Assembly: GCA_003344405.1 (NCBI GenBank)
Contig: NOWV01000179.1
Location: 62,001 to 126,000, forward strand
Source: Trichoplax sp. H2
Lineage: Eukaryota
Reading direction: 5' to 3'
Length of the DNA: 64,000 nt
Position numbers and translations under genes: made by a program. The notes beneath the pieces are model-generated. The model saw only the letters and a list, made by a program, of their open reading frames with translations. It ran no database searches and was not told where the DNA came from. The first letter of the stretch is position 1, and every line of letters starts with the position of its first letter. Of this stretch, positions 52,946 through 64,000 are shown one piece after another.

Positions 52946-55532
52946 CACCTTTTTAAGACACTCTGAAGAGTATGCATAGAACAAGTCAATGACCTGTTCT
53001 TTGAACTAACTTCAAATTGAATGTCTTGATCTATATATATAATATATATTTACGAATCATCTTAGCTATAAAATTGTAAAGCAATCCCTGAAGTAACAAT
53101 GATAAAGTGCTCCATAAAATTCATAGCTATTTTAATAAAATTATAATTGGATTTGATAATATTATTACTGTTACTTTAATGTACAAATGCTGTAATGTTT
53201 GTAAATGATAAGGATCTCCGGTTTCTTCTTTGTAAGAAAGTGGGGTTATTCCTGGATGATAATTAATCGGCAGCTGCCTATAAACACGCATGTATCAAAA
53301 AGCATGATGCTTTATTAATGCTCTACACTAAATGAAATGTTAAGAGCATCTTGATGTTAAACCGTTTCTATCACTGCTTAGATACTTGATAAGAGTTAAT
53401 AAATTGAATGATTGGAAAAAGAAAACAACTATCTGCCTACTGTCGACATTAGCGTTAATGCTATTTTATGTATAGTTTCCTAATTAAATGGGTATTTTTA
53501 TCTCTATTGCTATACTGTTACGATCTGTTCGCATCGAATCGTCCTCTAAATATTTTTACCATCTTGGATGCTAGATGGAGGACACTGATCATTGCAATAC
53601 TGTATGATTCTAAACTGCATTATCGTAATTAACTGATAAATCGTCACACAAAAATACGGCATACGTGTAAATTAGCTTCATAAAGAATATCATACTGCTT
53701 GAATCAATGTTTATGCTACACATATAGAATAGAATGTGATATTCAATAAAGGTTCTTTATTTCGGATTTACCATGTCCAATTTTTCTACAACGGAAATAT
53801 TTATGCTGCCATTACAGAATCTAGGCCTTTTAAGGTAAATATTTCAGTCGTATCAAATGTTAAGTTGCAAATACAGCCCGCATGTTACTGTTATCATATA
53901 TCAAATTTTAGGCAAGTTTAGCATGGTTATTCATTAAATTGATGCTAAACAGTACATACTCGTACACATAGTATACGAGATACCTATGTACAAAAATAGG
54001 CTCAGTATTTAGAATACACGAGTATAAAATTAGTTCTCGTTTTCATTGGTATTAAGCTTATTAAGTATGTACTGTCAACAATTACAGTAAATTAAATTAG
54101 CGCAACAACAATTTTCTTTTTCTGCTTGTTTATACGCGTATATTACATCAGTATGTATATATACATATATATATTGCTATTACATTGCATATCGTGTTTT
54201 ATAGGTAACGCTTGCTACAGATTATCAATGGGAGCAGCTTTTAGGCGAAAAGAGAATATACAGTCAAAAAGCATTACACCAGGTTACTGTATAAAATCGT
54301 TTTGAACGTCTAAGTATAATAAGCGCGTACGTACTGTGCATTTTCTAGCATCCACTAACAAGCATTACTATTAAACATATTTCTATCTTTCTATATACAT
54401 GATACTATTAGGTGATACATGTCATTATCTAAAGATTGGTGTTAGATTCATAACATAATCAATTTAACAATTTTACAATGGATGACCAGTTTACAAATTG
54501 GCATGATGACTTTGCTTAAGCATTATTCTACATAGTATGGCGAGTAGAGAGAATCAACACTGCAAAGAGTTTTTAAACTTATTAACTTACTATCACTTAG
54601 TAACACGTCGATATTGATGATGTCATTCACACATCTGGAGAATAATTCTTAGAATTCATTTATGACTTCTACACGTGCTATGATGGTGAATAACAATATT
54701 ATAATTAATTAATTCTGAAATGGAGGAAGAAATCTGCTTCATCAATTCTCAGGATTAGACTACAGTATCTCTCCTACAGTACGAGACAGTAGCACACAGT
54801 GTAAAGTACTATACGGTACAGTACCGTACAATGCTATAGAAATTCACTCTTCTAGTAATCCTCCAACCAGGCCAGGGTCCATCCGTTTTGCGCAGGCGTC
54901 AAAGACCCCATCAAAGTAAACGGTCGAGTAATAATTCATGTTGACAAAATTGGCGAAAAGCCGCTTGCAAATGGAGATTGGACTATCCTTGAGTGCATTG
55001 CTTGCCAATACCCTGTATAGGATGCCAAATAAAGCATCAAATACAGTTAAGCGATGATGGAAATGGATATAAGTGATTGTGATTTGATGCAATCTTGCAA
55101 GCAATGTCTGTTGTTGATTGCTATGCAAATATGACAATTGTAGTATAGGACGTTTTTTTCCCCATTCGGAGATGAAACAAAAGTCGATATGCAATCATGT
55201 CAAATTCTTTTTGACTTCTCTTTCTATATACATAAACGACCCATCACAGCATTCGATGCCAAGTAAAATTATAGTAATATTCTATAGCACAAGTTAGCAA
55301 CAGCTAATCATCTTTACTCTACGTGTATCCCATGGGTGGACCCAATTTTTGGAAATAGAAATCAACGTTATCTGTGCATATTATATAGCTCTTGTAGGTT
55401 AATCAAGAAAAATTGTACTGACGGTTAGGTCCATGAAATCTATCTTATCTACCTTCCAATACGGGTAGGATGAGATAGAAAGGCTTATTTTCTTGCTACA
55501 GATGGACTAACCTGTTTAAGTAAAGGATCGAT

Positions 55533-56549
55533 TTAAAGCGATTTGATATTATCAGGTTGAAAAAAGTTCCTCTTGAGTATTTCGTATGTGGCATTGATAA
55601 TGCCCCAAGAGATTAATGATCTCATAAAATTAGCTTGAACGCCGTAATACAATTTTTGAACACTACGATTTCTGTCGTTAAAGACCTTGATAAAGGTTTT
55701 ATTGAAACTTGTAAACTCTCCGCCAGCTTTCCGTTGCATGACACTCTTAACGACGTTGAGAGGATAATACATGGTGCTGATAACTGCACCAAGAACGGCA
55801 CCACTAACGAAATCACTGGCGATATTGCCGGCGCTCGATTGATAATTCGGCAAAATATTTCGAACAGGTTCTCGCAATGCAAAATAGACAGCATTACTAG
55901 GCCCATTCCGTATTAAGATCGGAGTTAAACCGCGATAATATTCCTTTAAACCAAAACGCTTTAAATTGTGAAAAGCTTGTACCGTGTTCGTATATTTCCT
56001 TTGTTGATGTCGGTCTTGGAGCAAGACTTGAACTCTTTCGAACGGCGTCAAGATTGCTTCAGTGGTTCCAGCTAAGGTAGCGGCAAGTAATTTTACCGGT
56101 AGTGCAGGAAGTGTTGATCCATGATTCCAACGATGGATCTGTTTATTATAAAAGTCATACAGGCCAAAAGTCAAGGAAAGTGTAGTACACTTTAACAACA
56201 ATGGTGGGCCTAGACCTCGATACAAATTTCGAACACCTTCTAATTGTAATTGCTTGACTGCACTGGATAAATTGATACCATGAATCTGTTGGCGAAAGAT
56301 AGCTTTATTAACAGGAAAAGTCAAGACAATATTGGCGAAAGCAGCACCAGCACCGCAAACAAATTCCGGCGAACTTTTACTATTAGGAGATACATTACTA
56401 CGAATTTGTGTACTACTATAACCTTCGGTGACATTAAAGTGAACACTTGTCGCATTATTCTTGATCGACGAGAAATGATTTCTGGGCAAATAGATGAGCA
56501 TGGCTAACGCCGGTGTTTCATGGCTGACTAGCATAAAAGTGACATCCAT
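55533..56549 (-). CDS. SLC25A51: Mitochondrial carrier MCART/SLC25A51 (NAD+ transporter family), single coding exon
   Basis: EFVCGAGAAFANIVLTFPVNKAIFRQQIHG, LYRGLGPPLL, AGTTEAILTPFERVQVLLQD, EYYRGLTPILIRNGPSN, YPLNVVKS, RSLISWGIINATYE. The true start Met is uncertain. Non-coding 5' exon(s) probable at about 56719-56960. Confidence 0.93.
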   Translation of the reverse strand: MDVTFMLVSHETPALAMLIYLPRNHFSSIKNNATSVHFNVTEGYSSTQIRSNVSPNSKSSPEFVCGAGAAFANIVLTFPVNKAIFRQQIHGINLSSAVKQLQLEGVRNLYRGLGPPLLLKCTTLSLTFGLYDFYNKQIHRWNHGSTLPALPVKLLAATLAGTTEAILTPFERVQVLLQDRHQQRKYTNTVQAFHNLKRFGLKEYYRGLTPILIRNGPSNAVYFALREPVRNILPNYQSSAGNIASDFVSGAVLGAVISTMYYPLNVVKSVMQRKAGGEFTSFNKTFIKVFNDRNRSVQKLYYGVQANFMRSLISWGIINATYEILKRNFFQPDNIKSL

Positions 56550-57129
56550 CTTTTACCATTCATTAGTGTTTTCAACCAGTGAGAATAGCCTGTACAAGCG
56601 TTAATATCAAGTCTTTTTCAACACGATAGCTCACTAATCGTGTCCAATTGGACAGTAAAGCAATGGATCAATGTGAGAATTGGGGTGGCAAATTGCAAGT
56701 AGAAAAACAACAAATTACCTTGGCAGCGAGCAACCAACAGCAAAATCGAACAACTGAGTCTACTAACTCAATCCTGACTATTTATATCAGTCTAATGGGT
56801 GTTCTTCCGTCGGGGCGTAGTTTACAGTATCAATAAATTGGGGATAAAAGGGTATGGAACATGGCTTAGCCTTATAGGTTTTCAACTGTCGTCCACTGGG
56901 AAATCTTGTCGCCACTCACCACCCCAAAGACTACCAAAACACCACGCCGAGCACTATCAACTACTATACTGTACTTAGATTCGGTATTGATCTAGTGTAT
57001 ATTAGGTAAAATAACTAACGTCACTTAGCTAGCGAAAAAGGATTGAGCGATCCAACCGCCTTGTATTTTTCTTCCCCTATTGGTAGTCTATGAGGTAGCT
57101 CATGTCCAAAATGATTTCTTCTGCTGACC

Positions 57130-57720
57130 TTTTCAAGGATAGTAGAAATTAGGATTGTATTTCCGAGATAAATTGTCGGAAAGGGATATTGTATCGAGCT
57201 CAAAATAATCGTGTCAAAATGATGGATGGTAGACGACTATTTATTTGGAAGGGAAGATCAAGCATAGTAGAAATCAGGATTGCACTCAACCAGCTGTATT
57301 TAGCCTGTATTTTATAGACAAACCGTCGGGAAAGGGATGTAAAACAACCGAGTGGAATGACGTATGGAGCTACACGCATCTTTTTTACACATTACTGGCA
57401 AGGGAAAATCAAGGATAGTACAAAGAGGGCTTGTAGTGGACGAGCTGTATTTCATTAACTAACAGTCGCAAAGAGATACTCTGTACAGGTAGTAATAGCA
57501 ATGTAAAAATGACTGACTGAATCAAGTGGAGCGTGGAGGTGGATGTACTCTTATTTTATCCATTGCTTCCAGCGCAAAATTAATGGCAGTGGAAATTTAA
57601 ATTCCTGTTTAATAGCTATACTTCATCAGTAAACAGCCAAAAATGCATACTCAACAGATCTAAAATACCAATAGAAAAATGGTTGACTCCAATTGAACGC
57701 GTAGTTATAGCCTCCTGCAA
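57130..57720. repeat. Degenerate tandem repeat, 3-4 copies of ~130-170 bp
   Basis: tcaag(g/c)atagta(g/c)aaa...gattg...agctgtattt...aac.gtcg.aaagggat at about 57133, 57258 and 57409, weaker at about 57580. Confidence 0.65.
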
Positions 57721-58619
57721 GATGTACAAGTTCTTTTTTTTTATACACTACTGTACATCACTTTGAAGGATTTAACGTTGAATTCGATAGCCACTCCTTT
57801 CAGTAAGATTTACAGTTCATGAATCCGATTGAAGCAAACTATCGCGTACTCATACTATACATTGTAACTACATTGGAGCTTGAGAGTGATGTAGAGAGTT
57901 TGCAAGCTCATCTATTCGTACAAGGTATTCTATACCTGGTGTATTCTACTGTAGATAGCGGCAACATGCAGTAGTGCAATTACAAACTACTAGAAAAAAG
58001 ATATTTCAATTTTTGAACCTCTTTTTCCTCCTGATAGATTCTACGATGGAATGCAGAATAGCTCATCAAAAGCGTACGTGAAACTCCATTTTCAACATGA
58101 TTGCAATGGACTAAATATGTTTATATTCGTGATGATGGCATGGTCACCGGACACTGCCACTACCGTATTTACTTGGATATTGATTTTTTATTGATTGTAA
58201 ATCACCATCTCACCGGGCACGCATTAATAAGTTGACAAATAAAATTTTGCTATTATGTCCATGCAACTTTACACCTTTGATCTGCTGACCTTGATAGAAT
58301 AATAATCAATATCCATCAACAATCATAGAAAAATAACACGAAAGAAATGACTTGATGAAACCGCTTTACTACTGTAGACTGGACTTGATGCTTTTTGTTT
58401 ATCAATCTTGCTTAAGTAAATAATTTGATAAGCAGCACAAGAACATGCGGCAAAGGCGTGCTCAAAGCCAATCAGTGCTCTCTATTTCCACTCTCTCTCT
58501 ATGACGTAATTCCATCCAGCACAGATAAGAAAGTTAATCTAAAGTTAAATTAGTGAAGAGTTACCGCCCATTTTCTTGTCTTGGCTGGACATCACAGATG
58601 CAAACTGTAAAAGGCGATT

Positions 58620-59380
58620 GCAAACACCGGCATGATCTAATGTCGATAAGAGATAACAATCAAAACTTGATTGGGATCTCTAGAGAATAGAGCTCTCACA
58701 GCAATCTTGCTACCTTTATTAACAAGCAAATATCAACGCCGCCGTATTGAGAATTCACGTATAAATTTTTATTTCACCTTCTTGATGATTGCCATCGATG
58801 TTTACTTGCTCAATCAAGGATCTAAACACCGGCTATAGTACAGAAAGAACAACAATCAAAACTTGATTGCGACTCCTTCGGACTAGAGCTATCACAGCAA
58901 TCTTACTACCTTTATTAACAAGCAAATATCAACGCCGCCGTATTGAGAATTCTCGTATAAATTTCTATTTCACCTTCTTGATGATTGCCATCGATGTTTA
59001 CTTGCTCAATCAAGGATCTAAACACCGGCTATGGTACAGAAAGAACAACAATCAAAACTTGATTGCGACTCCTTCGGACTAGAGCTATCACAGCAATCTT
59101 GCTAACAAGCAAAAATCAACGCCGTATCGAAAATATTTTATTTCACTTTTTTGATGATTGCTTTTAATGCTTGCCATGGGTGTTCACTTGTTCTATTAAA
59201 GATCGAAACACTGGCATGATTTAATATAGAAAAAAGGCAATAATCAAAACTTGATTACGACTTCTAGGGACTGGAGCTCTCATAGCATTCTTGCTAACTA
59301 GTAAAAATTAACGCCATATCCAGAATATTTTATTTCACTTTCTTGATTAGTGCCATGGGTTTTCACTTGTTTAATCAAGG
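58620..59380. repeat. Tandem array, ~4 copies of ~190-200 bp
   Basis: aaacac(c/t)ggc...aacaatcaaaacttgatt...agagct(c/a)tcacagcaatctt...caacgcc...tttcac(c/t)tt...tgccat...ttacttg..caatcaagg. Units start at about 58622, 58824, 59020 and 59206. The stretch 58690-58900 is nearly identical to 58885-59100. Confidence 0.95.
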
Positions 59381-62246
59381 TTGCTACTGTAAATCATGCA
59401 ATGCGTGAAACAATTGGAGAAACCATCTGCTACTAACCAATATCGGTAGTACTAACCTTTTAGTGACCCATTTCCTTTCAATTTAGTATCCAAACGAAGT
59501 AAATAATTTGTTAAAAGCGATGAATTTAAGTGAAATTGAACTTAAGTAATGTAATAATATTTTAGTTATCGTGATTACCGCATATATGGTAAACGATTTT
59601 TGATATCCTCTTATAGAGAAAACAGCAATGTGATGCTGGTACTATTTTGTTTATCCCTGCTTTCTTCTAGCTGTCACCTTATTGATGTTATTTCTATCAA
59701 TTAACCTGCAATAGCAGAAAGCCATTGAGCGTCTATAGAGAAAACAGCATCGTGCACGCCAGCAGACAGTAATTGATATTTATTGTACAGTATAAAGGTA
59801 TAAAGTCTACGCTAAGACTAGAATGATGGTATCGTTAACAATAACACTTTTGCCTTTGCAGGAATTCATCAAAGCAATAATGATCGGGTCATAGCTCGAA
59901 GAAAGCAGGGATACACATGATCATACCGGCACGTACTATGCTATTTTCTATATGCAAAAAGGGTATCAAAGCTTGCTTGTTATGGAGCACAATTGCATCT
60001 CTGGAGGCTAGAGTACAATCGATAAGCAATAATCAGGTTTAGGCTGCTACAAGATATGAATGAATATGCCATACTTTAGCTAGATCAATTGATACTCAGT
60101 GCAAATAAACATCCTTGAGAATACTTATGAATATTATATGACAGTATAATACTAGATGAAGCAATAACGCCAGCACGATTGACACAGTATGTAGTGATCC
60201 TGTTTTAATAAAACTACGTAAAACCTCTATTTTAAAACGCCTGGATGATATACCGCTACTAATAGTGAAAAGTGCGAATTTTGCTTGCCTACACCGAATG
60301 CAATGGCGATATTCATAGAATAAAGAGAGTCATGTCGAAATATGATTACGATAAATTCCATGCATCGAGTATTTGTAACTACTTTTTAAATAAATTGATC
60401 AGCTTGTGAAGCAGTAAATCTACTAGTTCATGAATAAACCTATTTTCGCTAGGCAAAAGTACATTCATCTTCATATCGGATTTGAGCGAATATTCGAGTT
60501 CTACATCTTCGTTCAAGCCTAAGGAAAACTAACGATACCACTCCTTAAGCAAGAAGAGTTCTTAGTTTACCATTATACTTGGTTTTACCGTTCATAAAAA
60601 TCTGGGATATGACTCATGCATCTATACAATCATTCCTGTTCTACAAGCAGAGCATCGTAATTGACAAGTAAGCAACTTGTGATAAAACCATAGCTTCAGC
60701 ACACTATGACAATATTGAATTTAAAAAGGATAGTACGTCATAGTGATGGATTATTTACTGGAAGATATTGATACAGCTGGAGAAAATCAATCTATGGATA
60801 GAATACTCGACCTAATTCGAAATACCTCCTACAGTACAATATTATAGGTAGCAGTAGTATTGCAACATTATAAACCGGCATAGAAATATCGATTTGAATA
60901 ATATGCAAGTATTAAATTAGCGAAATATATAAATTTTACACAGACGAGCTACGTTAACCGCATGTGGATTAGCATCTGCAGGTCACGAAGGATTGTAGCC
61001 AAATTAGCTAAATAAAATGACCCCTGTACTAATGTCAAAAACATATGTTCAAAGTCTATACGTGTATTTGCGTTTTATCTATTAATTATCTTCTGACTAG
61101 ATACCGGCATTTTAAATCACTACCGGTAGTTAACCTGTCCATATCCGCCTTTACAACGTATACTAGTCCACAATTTAATTTAAGTACGCTAAAATTATGG
61201 ATGATTTATGAAGAGTAATCTATTTCACATTAGTTCTTGCTAAAACACAATGCTCAAGTGTAAGGGTTATATAAGATATACTTGCATGCTATCGAACAAG
61301 GACTAAATCTATTATCGATATTCAATCTATGGTTGAAAGAAAGATCATGAAAAATGAACTCATTTTTGTATTTAACAAATAATCTACGTCTCTATTATGA
61401 TGATGATTATTATTTTTATAATCCATGCACTGTAACGCAGGTAAAATGAAAATTCTATCAAGCAAACTTACCATTCAACTTTAGTACTTTATTTTTAAGT
61501 TTAAGTGAAAGTAAATCCTGCTGTCAATATTACAGTAAGATTTTGATATGATAAAAATTGCCAAGATTCTTTTAGTAAATATTGATACTAACAGTAAACT
61601 ACAGCGACAGAAGCGATTTAATTAGGGGGAAGAAAATCAATCGCTTTGTCAGAATTCCTCCGTAGCGATAATATATATGCTAACAAGTTTATTTCTATGC
61701 CATAGTAGAGAATTTTAAAGTGTCTTTGTCAAGAAGTACAAGTAGACCTTAATTCAATTGAATTATTCTTAGAGTCTACGTAGTGATTAGTTAATCTAAT
61801 CTTAACTTGGTTTATATCTTATGAATATAGCTGTTGATTGTAGCTGTAACGAGATCAAGAATCTGAGATTTTGAGCTTTCCTTTCCTTTAGTCTACTTTA
61901 TTTGGAAGCCCATGCCAAGCGCGATATCATACACACGTTAACGAGACATGAGAACTGTGACAACAAATCAGCTCTAGTACCAACATAACTTTAATACCAT
62001 ATCCTAATGCACGTGAACATTTGTAGCATGTGATCTTAATCTAGTACAGTAGATAAGGTTTAGATAAGCCGTAAATAGTACGATATCTAGGATTCCCCAC
62101 GTTGTATGGCGCGTGCACTACAAGGTAACAAGCAGTAGTTTACGGGACAGGCGATGACTCTAAAGTTAAAATGCTAATTTTCAATCTAATTTACAAGATA
62201 ATATACTAGGTCAACGAGGGGTAATCATAATTTAGCAAGCATTAAT

Positions 62247-62401
62247 TTAGTGTACAGCCGTATAAGATGAAACTGTGCCAATGACAACAGCTCTCTGTCC
62301 TAAGCTGCCTTCAGTGGTTGGCATATCATGGTAAGCGCCATCATCCTTAATATCGCCAACAGTAGTTGAATCAACTTCTTTCTCCCATATTACTACGTCG
62401 T
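62247..62401 (-). CDS. Terminal coding exon of an unidentified gene, upstream exons probably beyond the window
   Basis: Pyrimidine-rich acceptor ctttttatctatgttag, then a GC-richer open frame: (D)DVVIWEKEVDSTTVGDIKDDGAYHDMPTTEGSLGQRAVVIGTVSSYTAVH*. Confidence 0.6.
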
Positions 62402-62514
62402 CTAACATAGATAAAAAGACACATGCTATTATTATGATTTATACATCAACTATTATTAAGTATTGGTGCTATTGATATCAAGACTATCGCGAATCGATCG
62501 TGAAGTAAATGCAG

Positions 62515-62700
62515 TAGTGTAATGAAAGTTAATTTTTAGAATTCTCCTTCTAATTTTAGTAACTATTGTAAGTTTAAAAGCAACTTAATTTGGTACTACG
62601 GTAGATTCTACCTAGTATTTTAGTATATCGTAAACCCCGACCATTTTATTCGGTTTAAGAATTTAATGACATACGATAACTTGATTTTGTTTAAGAGTTG
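62515..62700. repeat. Dispersed repeat, copy 2
   Basis: tgtaatgaaagttaatttttagaattctccttc...gtagattctacctagtattttagtatatcgtaaaccccgac, in the same orientation as 15670-15862. Confidence 0.8.
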
Positions 62701-63589
62701 TACAAGGTGAGATTGTAAACTTAGCTACGGTATATATTTAGATAGCACACAGCAATCCTGATTAAAAACTAGCCGGTAATTTTGATTAGAACTTACATTA
62801 GAAACGATATTACTTTATGATAAAATACAGTAGAAACCCGAACGTTCTAAATAGGGTTTTAATTTAAGAGTAATGATCTTTTATGATGTTTTATAGTTAC
62901 ATTTTGTATACTGCAAAAAATACTTTTTGTACAGTAGTTAAATTACGATTAACTATTATTAATTTAGTCATTTGGGAATCTAAGGTATAATTTGCTTTGT
63001 CATATGTGTTTAATTGCTAGTTTAATTTGAATTACTTTAGAATGGTAAGACAGTAGTCTGATACTACCTACTGCTCTGCGTAGTAAATAAAAGGTGACAT
63101 AGTTCAGTAGTTTAGTAGTTCAAGATAGAGAAGGTGAAGTTAAGGACTTTCTGAATTCGTAAGTAAACCGTAATTTACGCTGGTAGTTTGATTGATGAAG
63201 GCAGTAATTCTGTCCTTTTGTAATTATCAAGTACAGTTTAATATGATTTTTAGACATTTATTATAATAAACTGGTATTTTCCCCAAATTTCGTTGTATTG
63301 GAATTAAAAAGTTGGTAGTTTTACTCTAAATTTTCGTCTACTATTACTGTAGCATGTATGCCTACGGTTCTTTTCCTTATCTATCTACCTACTATTATTT
63401 TTAGATAACGAATACTAGTATTAGATTATTTTGATTAATATCATGTTATTTTTCTATAAATAGGTATAATTAGTAAACAATGGAGCAGTATTTTGTGCTT
63501 CCGTTACCTGAATTATCACTAATATCATTACTGCCATTTGCTAATCAGTTCGGTAGCTGCTAGATATGCACTAACAATAACTTTACCTT

Positions 63590-64000
63590 ATATCGTGCAA
63601 AGTATCAACTACAGTACAGGAATAGATAGTACAAGAATATTTCAGTCTGATATGAAAGTATCAGTATCATTGTCGCTATTATTTAGTACGGTAGTCATTC
63701 AGGAAAGCTGCAATTAGCAAGGCATAGACAATAGAAGAGTAATTATCTGCGATGTCAGTAAAGATATCAAATCGCCGCCTTATTTTTAACAATCAATTAA
63801 TTAGGAAGCTATAATTAGCAAAGAATAGACAGTAAAATAGAATTTATCTAACTTTGATGTCAGTGAAGGTGTTAATATCATAACCATTATATTTAGCAAT
63901 CGGCTAGAAAGTTGTAATTAGCAAAGAATAGATATCACCGATGTCAGTAGAGATATCAGTATCATCATCGCGATCATTAAGTAATCGATTACAAAAGTTA
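63590..64000. repeat. Degenerate tandem repeat, ~100-bp period, runs off the window
   Basis: gaaag(c/t)t..aattagcaa(a/g)g(a/c)ataga...gatgtcagt..ag.tat.a recurs at about 63703, 63805 and 63907. Confidence 0.75.

Noticed and set aside
55622..56507. Alternative-frame and antisense ORFs over SLC25A51
   Set aside because: Shadows of the real coding exon. The same applies to the ORFs overlapping MCM9 (33376, 36458) and the peptidase (37984).
1..64000. Selenoprotein (in-frame TGA/SECIS), tRNA, snRNA or transposase genes
   Set aside because: None of the exons I translated needed TGA readthrough, and I recognised no diagnostic RNA or transposase motifs by eye. An Infernal/tRNAscan/HMMER run would be needed to exclude them formally.

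Overview
AT-rich, intron-containing animal genomic DNA. Most introns are short GT-AG introns, the gene spacing is compact, and the genes are metazoan orthologues. This pattern fits a placozoan such as Trichoplax, which is an inference and not verified. I reconstructed ten spliced genes by hand plus one orphan terminal exon: a 5'-truncated SPAG1-like TPR/RPAP3_C gene (+), TUBGCP5 (-), EXOSC6/Mtr3 (+), an NADPH-dependent FMN reductase (-), DCDC2 (+), MCM9 (-), an S28 serine peptidase (PRSS16-like, +), a CREBL2-like bZIP (-), SPEF1 (+), SLC25A51/MCART (-), and the last exon of an unidentified gene (-). I found no tRNA, rRNA, CRISPR array or autonomous transposon. The notable non-coding signals are: (GTACN)n/TACWGTA arrays clustered near gene starts; a 4-copy array filling most of the MCM9/peptidase divergent promoter; a perfect ARE/MARE upstream of the flavin reductase; RFX X-boxes ahead of DCDC2 and SPEF1; a GC-AG intron; a candidate U12 intron; many degenerate local tandem repeats; and one dispersed repeat family. 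Nothing here proves a wholly new system. The GTAC-array promoter grammar and the ARE-reductase pairing are the best leads.
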